From positions 41,664,001-41,728,000 of the forward strand of contig OX597814.1 of NCBI GenBank assembly GCA_951406725.2: a stretch of DNA of 64,000 bases. Reading direction: 5' to 3'. Numbering within the stretch: the stretch's first letter is position 1; each line of letters begins with the position of its first letter. The notes under the pieces were generated by a model. It did no database searches. It was given only the letters and a program-made list of their open reading frames with translations, and was not told the origin of the DNA. Shown here piece by piece: positions 53,001-64,000 of the stretch. The position numbers and the translations under genes are program-made. The DNA is from Octopus vulgaris (Eukaryota).

Positions 53001-54134
53001 TTTGTGTGACTCTCTCACGCCAAAACACAAGCACACCAGTAGATTTGTACGCACAAACATCTACACACATGTACACATTTGTATGCATGCGTATATGAAA
53101 TAAGATACACAATATTTAGTAAGCTTATTTCTGGTCACAGTAAAAAAAATATACTACACACACACACGCACACACATATATATTTCAAACATTTCTTATT
53201 TCTCTGACAACCTGTTAGTCTAAAATATATTTGCACTTTCTCTTATACTTCTAGCCTCTTAGCTAAGCAGCGTTTGCTACCATATGGAATAACTTCTGCA
53301 TACATTTTGGATAATAAATATTATGTTTTATTATTCACAATCGTCAGAAAGTCGGCGACAGAATACTATCATAATTTCTATCAATTTTTATTCCCATAAA
53401 TTTGCTCTCACTTTTTATAGCATTAAGCAATCAGTTTTACCCTCTTGTTTATACGTTATATACGTTTATGTTGCTGTGCGTATTTATTTTTGCCTTGTAA
53501 ATGAATGCGTATAGGAACATAAGTGTACGTGTATGAGTATTTCTATGTGTGCGTGAGAGAGAGAGAGAGAGCGCGAAAGAGGGAAAGAACTTGAGAGAGG
53601 GGCAAGACCGAAAGTTTCGACGGAGTAGTTTTTACTAACAGCCTCTGTCAGGGAGTGGTCTTTGCATTTGCTTTTTTGTATACGATTTTATGGAAACAGT
53701 GCTTTTTTTCTGACTCATAAATTATTAGCTGTCAATACAGAAGCAAATTCTTCCAAATTTTCCAAGCATTATTCTTTTTTCCGTCTGTATTTCTTCTTGA
53801 TTTTACTGAGGAATTTGTAATTTTGTATCAATATATTATATTATTCTACCAGAGTTATGTTAACATCGTTCGGTGCCTACAAATATAACTTCCAGGTATC
53901 CTAATATGCAAGATTGTTATAGAAGAAGCATTGATAAATAAACAGTAGACGAATAGTTAGAGCAAACAAGAATGCGTCCGACAAAGATAACCCAAACTGA
54001 ACCGTAAAAATCCTTTACACGAGACGGCTGCAAGCTAAACTAAGCAGTAATTCATATGGAATTCCTCCTCTTGAAATCGAGTTTCTTTACTTAGAACTAT
54101 GTACATTGTTTCTTATCCATCGGCATCGTTTGGT

Positions 54135-54410
54135 ATCTCACTCTCTCTTTCTATATCTCTCTCTGTCTCACCTCCTCTCTCTCTCACATCCTCTCGCTCT
54201 CACCTCCTCCTCTCTCTCACCTCCTCTCTCTCACCTCATCCCTGTCTCACCTCCTCTCTCTCACCTCCTTCACTCTCTCACCTCATCCCTCTCCCACCTC
54301 CTCTCTCTCTCACCTCCTCTCTCTCACCTCCTCTCTCTCTCATCTCCTCTTTCTCACCTCCTCCCTCTCACCTCCACTCTCTCACATCCTCTCTCTCACT
54401 CTGTCTCTCT
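54135..54410. repeat. Pyrimidine-rich minisatellite, unit about CTCTCT(CT)CACCTC
   Basis: Direct reading; many degenerate 12-16 bp units. Confidence 0.9.
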
Positions 54411-54544
54411 CTTATGCTGTCTATTTCTTACACTTTTCTCTCCTGCTTTCTCCTTCTCTTTCACTATACTCTATTATCACTCTCCCTGTATCCCTTACTC
54501 TCGATATACATATATAACTATATATAAATACAGCTCCGTATTTA

Positions 54545-54720
54545 ATAGATGAGGAATTATGTACATTATGTACATTATTTACGTTATTTTAATTTGACGT
54601 ATATTTGTCCTCGTCTTGTTTGTAGTCAACTCAATGTCTCGGCTGATAAACCCTCTAGTCTTAATCAGGTGTCTTGGGGAAATCTTGAACCTGGGTTCTC
54701 ATTCCTGAGGTATTTGTCGA

Positions 54721-54778
<58 letters not shown>

Positions 54779-54781
54779 GTG

Positions 54782-54878
<97 letters not shown>

Positions 54879-54915
54879 TCACGGTCTGGAATCGAACTCG
54901 AAATCTTGGTGTTGC
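54545..54915 (-). repeat. Stand-alone PLE terminal module on the minus strand
   Basis: Reverse complement: B-box GAGTTCGATTCCAG (~54886-54899), (AAT)n ~54723-54874, then GACAC CTGATTA AGACTAG..CAGCC GAGA CATT, and the end GTACATAATTCCTCATCT shared with 11421. Confidence 0.85.
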
Positions 54916-55899
54916 AAGAAATAAGAGTCGAAAAATACTTAAATGAGCCACAATATCACTGTAAGTTTAATAAACTGACAAAATCGAGGAGTGAAAAAAA
55001 GCCAACCTACTACTGAGGCGTAACAACGCAAATGAATTTACGTATATACTCGTTTCACGTGATTTCGAACTCTGGAATATTACTCTTAGTTCTCATAAGC
55101 AGGTCTCGCTGCCTGGGATTAAACTAATACCCACTTCGTCATGCTTGGCTTGTTAAAATGGTTGAAATATGTGTATATATATATATATATATATATTCTT
55201 TCGAGAGAGAGGAGGGGAGTTTTGGAAATTTCACAGGAGCAGAATTTTTTCCTCGTAAATTTTTGGAAAATGAGTATTCTCTTATCAAAATTTATACATA
55301 TACATTTCAACCTGCAGAAGTTCATTCTTTTTTTAGTCCATCTCCACCATCCGGACCGATGTTTTGGCACTGAAAAACTATGGGGGTAGCCTATTCGACT
55401 TTCTGAATAATACATGTATTTATGTTTCTCAATATATTTCACCCCGCTATATGTATTTTTGTTTGTTGTAGTACTTCAGTTAAATAAATTACAGTACATA
55501 TGTTTCCAGTTTTCCCCCAATTTTTATTTACCTTGTGCTACACATAAGCGAATGTCTGCGTGATGTTTCCTTCATTGATAGACTGAAATACTAGAGATCA
55601 TAGGTCAGATCATTTTATGCACCTATGATGATAGTTGCCGGAAGGAAACGACTGTAACTCCTACTCGAAAGTTAACAGCCATTTTTGATATATGTTCAAT
55701 AGTGATTAAGTGAATAACTTTCAATATTCACAGTAAAAGTTTCACAGGTTTTTTCAACCAAGTCGTTAATGGGTGTTTTTGCTAAAATATATATATGTGT
55801 TCGCGTATGTGTGTGTATATATGCACATATGTGTGCGTGACCCTGTATATATGTGTATAAGTATACGTTTATACATATACGGATATCAATATATGTATG

Positions 55900-55959
<60 letters not shown>

Positions 55960-55978
55960 AATATATATACATACATAT

Positions 55979-56031
<53 letters not shown>

Positions 56032-56357
56032 TATGTATAGAAGAACATATACATACAAACACAAAAATGACCTGAGATAAATAACTCAAACTCGTCATGG
56101 GTATGGATTTGAATAAACATAGACAAATACAGGTATAGTGAACATTGTATAACATAAATTCAAGAATTATCAAACATATCTCAGTCTCTAGAATCTAGAG
56201 TCTACGTAATGCGTAGGAAAGTCTCGCATTCGTTTATGTGTATGAGTGTGTGTGTTTGTGTGTATGTGTGTGATTGTGTACATCTCTCTGTCTCTGTCTC
56301 TATCTATGTATCCCTCTCTCTCTCACACACACACACAGAGACATATATGTATATACA

Positions 56358-56471
<114 letters not shown>

Positions 56472-56502
56472 GTCTATATACTTATATATATATTTATATG
56501 TA

Positions 56503-56564
<62 letters not shown>

Positions 56565-56714
56565 CGTGTGTGTGTGTGTAATTTAAGGGCCTTAGAGTTA
56601 ACCTAGCGAAAACCAAAATAATAGTAAGTAGGAAGGCTCTCAAATCACAACCCCATTCATGTAGGCGGCGCTGCTCGATCTGTAGAAAAGGCGTGAGTAG
56701 AAATTCCATACGAC

Positions 56715-57928
56715 GTCTGACAGCTTGTTCCACGGATCCGCAACCCGGACGGAGAAAGCTCCTCTCCTTCGATTGAGATGAAATCGTCGCAGGTAGAGCT
56801 TTTCGGAATGACCCCGCAGCCGACGCTCTGGAGCAGGAGTGAAGAACAGCTCTTTCGAGAGGTTACACTTTCCGCTTATGATGTTGTGGGCGAGAATGAG
56901 ATCACCACGGCGGCGGCGTTTTTCAAGAGAATAAAGGTCGAGCGTCCTCAGCCTTTCTTCGTAGGACAAATTTTTGAGACCATGAACCATGCGGGTAGCC
57001 AGCTTCTGGACTCTTTCGAGATGCTGTATGTCTTTGAGGAGATAAGGAGAAGAGGCTTGAATCCCATACTCCAATATGGGTCTCACCAGCGTGACATAGA
57101 GTGGTAGGAATATGGCTGCTGTGAGCATTCTGAATGACCGTCGAATCAAGAACAGAATTCCGCGTGCTTTGTTGGCAGCATGGACGCACTGGGCCGAAGG
57201 CGAAAATGAGGATTCCACCAAGATACCCAGGTCCTTTACCTGATCGGTCCTCTCCAGCAGCAGACGACCCGGCTCGAAATCAAGTTGAGTTGCAGGAGGA
57301 GAGCCAACAGGCAGATGACAGCTCTTTGACACGTTCAGACACAGGTCCCAATCTTTAGACCACTTCCAAATTTGGTGGAGGCATCGAAGAAGATCCTCTA
57401 TATCACCGCGAGGAGCGACCAGTTTGATATCGTCGGCAAATAGCAGGGTATGTTGCGTGAGGTCGTCGGGCAAGTCATTTATGAAGACTAAGAACAACAA
57501 GGGCCCAAGCACTGAAACTTGAGGCACGCCACTGCTCGCACTGGAGATGTCGGACCGCGAACCATTAACTTGGACTTGGAAGGAGCGATCTGAGAGGAAG
57601 GCACCAACCCATCGTACAATATCCGGATGGAAACTATATGCTTGAAGCTTGACAAGTAATAGGCGGTGTTTTACCGAGTCAAAAGCTTTGGCAAAGTCCA
57701 ATAAAACGATGTCTACAGCATCACTATCATCGAGGATGCGCGTCACCAATTCTTCCATTACTAGTAAGTTGGTCAAGCATGATCTCTTCGGCACCAAGCC
57801 GTGTTGGGAATCAGAGATAGAGGCTGTGTTTAGGAGGTGGAGCATCATACTTTTCTTAAGGATGGTTTCGAACATCTTGCTGATTATTGATGTAAGGGAA
57901 ACCGGTCGGTAGTTAAGCGGGTCTTCGA
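56715..57928 (-). mobile_element. CR1-clade LINE ORF2 fragment (reverse transcriptase), truncated at both ends
   Basis: Uninterrupted ORF 57875-56640: NYRPVSLTS upstream, QHGLVPKRSCLTNLL, LDFAKAFDSV, GVPQVSVLGPLLF, LFADDIKL, VKDLGI. Homology to the 15157-15795 copy ends after WNKL. Confidence 0.95.
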
Positions 57929-58019
57929 GAAATATATATAGTCACTGCTCAGGGCTGGAATATCTATGCGCACATACATTAACCTCTGAAGTGATATACA
58001 TACACACATACATACATAC

Positions 58020-58240
58020 GTGATCGCTGCCAGGCCCGCGTGAATAAGATCCTGTGCTGGTGGCACGTAAATAGCACCCAATACACTCTTTGAGTGGTTA
58101 ATGTTATGAAGGGCAACCAGCTGAAGAAATATTGCCAGATCAGATTGGAGCCTGGTGCAGATGCTCGCTGTCCAGACCTAAATCAAACCGCCCAACCCAT
58201 GCCAGTATGGAAAATGGACGTTAAACAATGATGATGATGA
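58020..58240 (+). mobile_element. 3' half of a third SINE family ending in (GAT)n
   Basis: GTGCTGGTGGCACGTAAA..CCAACCCATGCCAGTATGGAAAATGGACGTTAAACAATGATGATGATGA; recognised from memory as a cephalopod SINE tail; single copy here. Confidence 0.55.
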
Positions 58241-58879
58241 TATATCAGCGACCGACAGAATATAACAGGTATATGAATTACCCATCGGAGGAATCTACAA
58301 CGTTACGAGAAATATTAGTCATAGACGTTAAATACTAATGAATGCAGTTAGCAGTAACCTGGTATATGACTGGGAGCTACCACGGTAGCCACGCTATAAT
58401 ATCCCTCGTAACTGTATGTATATTTATATATATATATATATATATATAATATCACGACCATTAGTAATTATGCTGGAACTATGATAGATAGTTGGTTAGA
58501 AAGGCAGATAGAGATAGAGAGAGAGAGAAACATAGAGAGACAGAGAGAAAAAAGAAAGATAGAAAAAAGGATTTGTTTAGCTCAATGAAAATGCAAAATT
58601 TGATGTTGTCTCTTGTATTCGCCTTTAAGTGCTATAATATTTTACATTCATACTACAACTTGAAATTTGGTCAAGAGATATATGATCAGCAAATGTCTTG
58701 GAGTTAACTTTTTCTGATTCAAACTTTAGATTTATATGAAATATGAAAATGAATAACCAGGTGTTAAATACCTTATGCTACGCAATATTAGTCGCGGCAT
58801 TACATGATGTAATATATTATATATAGTCAATGCTCAGGGCTGGAATATCTATCCGCACATACATTAACCTCTGAAGTGA

Positions 58880-58917
58880 TATACATACACACACACATAC
58901 ATACATAAATACATACA

Positions 58918-58951
<34 letters not shown>

Positions 58952-58968
58952 CATACATACATACATAC

Positions 58969-58999
<31 letters not shown>

Positions 59000-59052
59000 C
59001 ATACATACATACATACATACATACATACATACATACATACGTACATACATAC
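58880..59052. repeat. (CATA)n microsatellite; another at 59790-59946
   Basis: Direct reading. Confidence 0.95.
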
Positions 59053-59112
59053 AAGATAATAACTGCGGATCACTGCTTCGAAATTTCCAGCTTTTATATC
59101 AAGATTAAAAAT

Positions 59113-59261
59113 TAGAGTGGCTGTGTGGTAAGTAGCTTGCTTACCAACCACATGGTTCCGGGTTGAGTCCGATAGCGTGTCACCCTGGGCAAGTGTCTTC
59201 TACGATAACTTCATGTCGACCAACGACTTGTTAGTGGATTTTGTAGACTATATATGTATAA

Positions 59262-59299
<38 letters not shown>

Positions 59300-59500
59300 T
59301 CCCCTGTGTCTGTGTTTGTCTCCTCAACATCGCTTGACAACTGATACTGGTGTGTTTACGCCTCCGTAATATAGCGATTCGGCAAAAGAGAGCGATAGAA
59401 TAAGTACTAGGCTTACAAACAATAATTCCTAGGGTCGATTTGCTCGACTAAAGGCGATGTACCAGCATGGCCGCAGGCAAATAACAGGAAGCAAGTAAAA
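59113..59500 (+). mobile_element. SINE family A
   Basis: Collinear with 33611-34025; CCCTGGGCAAGTG CORE-like block. Confidence 0.9.
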
Positions 59501-59917
59501 TAATACTAATAATAATTCGTGCACTTTGTTTTGAGAGTAGATGCCTAAGTGACAATCTGGATAAAAAGATGTTTTCAGAAAGAATAAAAAAAAAAAAGAA
59601 AATCAAATAATTCGCATATTGCAAATACAATCTGTTAGTGGAACAGCAGAAATATGCACGATTTCTCCATTTCAAAATGGGAATTTGTTTTTGATATCTA
59701 CATTCCAGTAATGGAGCTTCTATCTTTGTCAGAAATCAGATCATTCCTTGCAGAAAGATTTCAAATTATTAAAACCAGAAGAGAATATACATATATATAC
59801 ATACATACATACATGCATACATACATACATACATACATGCATGCATACATACATACGTACATACATACATATATACATACATACATACATACATACATAC
59901 ATACATACATACATACA

Positions 59918-59948
<31 letters not shown>

Positions 59949-60270
59949 TACATAGGTAAATATTTTTTTAAAGTGCTCACTAAAATGAAACGAATAACGT
60001 GAGAACTAAACTTACCTTTCTAGCTGTCTCTTTTTCCAAACTACACACACATATATATACACTCGCAATAATATATTTTGTGTGTGCATAAATACATAGG
60101 CACACTTACAACACATTCACACGAATAAACACACACTATCACAAAATATGAACACACACACGTACACAAGCACGCACACACACATACGTACACACACACA
60201 CACCTATATATCTATATATGTATTTATGTATCTATATGCATCTATATATGTATGTATATATATATACATA

Positions 60271-60378
<108 letters not shown>

Positions 60379-62675
60379 TATACATATATACTTCAGGTTT
60401 TCTGGAAATAAAAGACGAACACAGGTGTAAGAACAATAGGCAGGTGTATTAGTTTAACCCTCGTGGAGAATATGGAAAAGTCTTTAGTGGATCGAACCTA
60501 CGCTCTTCTTCGGAAAGGACTTAAAGGGAAAATAAGGAGTGAGAAGGAAAAAAAATGTTTAGGGTTCACAGTTCAACCTGATCAAATAGCCAAAAAAAGG
60601 GGCTGAATGAAAGGGAAATAATGACGATGACCGGTTGAAACCAATTTGCTTTCGCGTGCGCACTGTGAGAACGGTGTGTGAGTGTGTATGTATGAATGGG
60701 GGTGAGTGTGTTATTATGAATGTGTGGGCAAGCTGAAACATATGTAGACTTCTTTGTGTGTATGTGTGTATGTGACCCAGTGCCTACATTATGTGGATTG
60801 ATATGCGTTACCTGTACTGTTGTATGTGTCTGTGTACGCATGAATGTTGATACATATTGGATTGGGTGTGTGTGTATGTGTCCAAGTAACCTAGTGTAAT
60901 CATTGTGTATATATACATATGTGTTTGTGTGTGTGTGTGTGTGAGCATGAATAGATATTTTATGTATTTTCTATGAATTTGTTGTAATTTTATAACCTTT
61001 AAATATCAAAGCAATGGAAATTTTCATAACTAAATGCCTTCTTTGTAATCGAAATCTCGGAATAATCTGAATTTTGTATATTTTATATACGCCATAAATC
61101 TTACTCGGTGTTCTCCGTTAAGATTTAAAGAAATTAAAGTTAATGAGATAATTATATGTATTACATAATTTCCTTTTTATATTCTCTTTACGTTAGTGTA
61201 TTCATAAATTAACATGTTTATCCAACTCCCACAGCAACACCTACGAGAGTGAAAATCCTATGTATCGTAGCGAAGCAATCCAGGATATACCATAGCAACT
61301 CGATTATGATAATGTTCTAAACAACAATTATGTTATGAAAATATAAATTATGATGGTCTCTTAAAGTTCTAGAGTGATATGAAGCTGCAGAGAATGGGAG
61401 AATCTGAGTTTGAAATAAATCTTCCCGCGCACGCCGTTTTACTGAGAGGTGAAAACAGGAGCCATATACAGAGACAACACTTCTTAAATTTGATCTGAGT
61501 TTACGAAAGCCGTGTATGAGATCCTCAAGAAGAGAACAATATTGAAGTTTTGCCGTACCTAGTTATTAATGGTTCCCTAAATCGTACTTGAAATTTTGGA
61601 ATTACGGATGAGAGGAATATACTTAACAAAGAATAAGCAATTCAATCTAAAATTGGATATATATTAAAAGGGAGTGAGGAAGTGATAAACAGACAGTTAA
61701 ACTGTGTGAGAAGGGAAGAAAGAGACAGGCATTGAAGAATATGATGGGAAAAGAAATTACATTTGAGTGAACTTGTTTGAGAATAAGGGAAGATACAAAT
61801 TGTCGGATGTTGAGTGTTGAGGATTTGAAAGGAAAATCGTTGCAGAATATTTATCTATTGTGTACAACTATACTTTAGAAGCAAAGACGTCCTTAAATAG
61901 GAAAAAAAAAATTCTCGCTGTTTACTTCTTGCAGATCCATACCTATTCCGAAGTGGAAGGAAAGGGGGGGGGGATTAGTAAATTTAATAATAATCATTTC
62001 AGTAATGGAATGAATTCTCTGGTGCAGTTTGGAATGTGGAAGAGATGGTGATGACTGAGTAATGCTCGATGGAATTTTTCTGGCTTTCGATATTGCTCTA
62101 GCCAATGTGAGGCTGCTCATTAAAAGTCATCATGATTGTATAATTCAGAGATTATCTCTATTGTAAGCTGTGCTTTTAGTTCAAGAATTTCTCGGCTTTG
62201 TTTATGACATATATTTTCGATTGAAAGTTCATAATACCAGCATAACATCTATTATACTATGAAGCAACAAATATGCTATTTATGTACGTGCATTGTTTTC
62301 TATAATGAGAGATAATGTGCGAGAAATTTATTCCCCAATCTCTACATATTTGATATTTAATCAATGTATTCCAGTTCATTACATGCTTTTGGAAGTTTCA
62401 GTGTGGTATTTTTGATATTGTGTCTCCATTAACTGTCACTTCCGCCTTAAATGCAATGCTACGTTATGTTGCAAAGCTTTCATCGATTCTACTTGTGCCA
62501 GTTTTTCTTGATTCCTGGCCATCGTTTAAGCACAGAAATCTGTAACTTCATACGTATGCGTGTGTGTGTCTGCGTGTGTGTTTGTGTGTGTGTGTGTGAA
62601 ATATCACGTGTCTTGAATGACACAACAATGCAGCATGGACTACAATAGCTGTTAGAATCTAATTATTCATACTCT

Positions 62676-62718
62676 GATATGATATTTCGGAATATAAAAA
62701 TTCCTTCTTCAGGTATTC
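62676..62718 (-). ncRNA. Minimal type I hammerhead ribozyme motif downstream of the third PLE
   Basis: Minus strand: GAATAC CTGAAGA A GGAAT ttttat ATTCC GAAA TATC ATATC. Core intact, perfect 5 bp stem II, palindromic ATAT stem III, weak stem I. Confidence 0.62.
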
Positions 62719-62989
62719 CTGGGAATTGATCGAGTTACTGCTATAACCAGCTTTTCAACGGTTACTGATTTTTTTTTTCCAGAAGCGTCTCTGTAGTGGC
62801 CTCACGAAGTCCCTTCCGGAATTCCTCATGAGAAATGCGTGTGTGTGTGTGTGGGGGGGGGGGGCAATGTCTGAAGCTCGTGCGTGTTGGCATATCCGCA
62901 GCGCTGCTTCTAAGTTACGTATTATACGTGCATTTTTTTTATAATACATGAGCATGTTATCAGAAATGAACTTACATGCATCCACATGT

Positions 62990-64000
62990 GGCTAAATAAT
63001 ATACTGATTGCTAATTTCCAGCCTGTTGTGAATTTGTACCATAGTCTGTCTATGAAGATAGCTTCCTTAATTCTGAAATTTCCCAAATTTCTGTCATTGG
63101 CCTGAGTTTTTGACTGTTATGCTTTTGTCGGTGTTCAGTCATCTGTCTAGATGTTTTCTGAAGGAGGAGGCTCACGTGTTTAGATGTTCCTTGATGCGAA
63201 TATATAACAGTGCTTTTGTGCTATTCACATAGAAATTGTTGCATTTGTTACATTGTATTCCATGTAGAACATTTACCCGTTAGTATATATCTGTGTCACA
63301 GATAGAGTGGGTAGGTAGTGTGCATTGATTATTGTACCTTGCTCATTTCTTTGCTAGGTGTCTTCGCAGAGAATGACCGGGGTGGGCTAGTTGTATGTCT
63401 AGTACTTCTCTTCTTATGGGTCTTCGGATGGCTGTAGTTATCCTCTCGATAAAATGGAGTATTTTAAGGAAGCAAGTTTCGCTGGATTTTGTGTGTGTTC
63501 GGCGTGTTTGTCGTCTTGGGTACGTAAGCCGATTTGCAATGGCTATAGAGTACCCGTTTGTTTTGAATACCTCTAGGAAGCGTGTGGTGTAGGTCACCTT
63601 GTCCTCTGACCTACTGCATTGCTCTGGATGGGAGTAAGTTCATTTCTGGCGTATCCTATTTTGACACCGAGAGGAAGGCTAAATTGTAGAGAACAAACAT
63701 AGCTCTACTGGCTGTTTATATGTAGAACTTGATGTGAATCTCTTCCGTTATTTTCAGTTGGAAGTCGTCGAGCAGTGATAGGTTCCAGTATTTTGGGGAT
63801 TTTCTATAGTGAACCCTATATTCAAGTTCATGTTCCTGAGCGTCGTTAATATTATTTCTCCCTCTTCACAGGTGGATGTTAGTATGGGACCGTCATCTAC
63901 GTACCTGGTGAAGTAGGGGCATGAGTGGCAAATATTGAGTGTTCGACGTTCTAGTTGTTGGCCCGAGAGACTGGACCCCATGGGGAGACTTGTTGTTTAC
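62990..64000 (-). mobile_element. Penelope-like element (third family): RT C-terminus plus GIY-YIG, runs off the window
   Basis: MGSSLSG..YFTRYVDD (ORF 63981-63754); FKTNGYS; NVLHGIQCNKCNNFYVNSTKALLYIRIKEHL at ~63180-63275. Confidence 0.88.

Noticed and set aside
54135-54410. CRISPR-like array
   Set aside because: Contiguous degenerate units without unique spacers; eukaryotic context with no cas genes.
56640-57875. Functional or domesticated RT gene
   Set aside because: Truncated at both ends, GVPQV replaces GVPQG, and a paralogous fragment lies at 15157; an ordinary LINE copy.

Overview
AT-rich, microsatellite-dense animal DNA. The SINE, Penelope and R4/Dong repeat complement suggests a coleoid cephalopod, probably Octopus (inference). 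I found no credible host protein-coding exon or intact RNA gene; almost all long ORFs are transposon remnants or microsatellite translations. Contents: (i) many decayed R4/Dong-type non-LTR retrotransposons from at least 3 families, stacked at (AAT)n tracts; (ii) three Penelope-like elements (PLEs) plus terminal-repeat fragments; (iii) a complete-length but inactivated IR/DR Tc1 element (16125-17749); (iv) two CR1-clade LINE fragments and hAT, maT and pogo-like remnants; (v) more than 15 tRNA-derived SINE copies. The most interesting signal is a recurring module seen 5 times in whole or part: tRNA-like Pol III head, then (AAT)n, then a minimal type I hammerhead-ribozyme motif. It forms the terminal repeat of a PLE, also occurs alone, and its internal microsatellite hosts an R4/Dong insertion. 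Other hammerhead-like motifs and several near-identical local duplications at (TA)n tracts are also visible. Boundaries of decayed elements are approximate and were read by eye.
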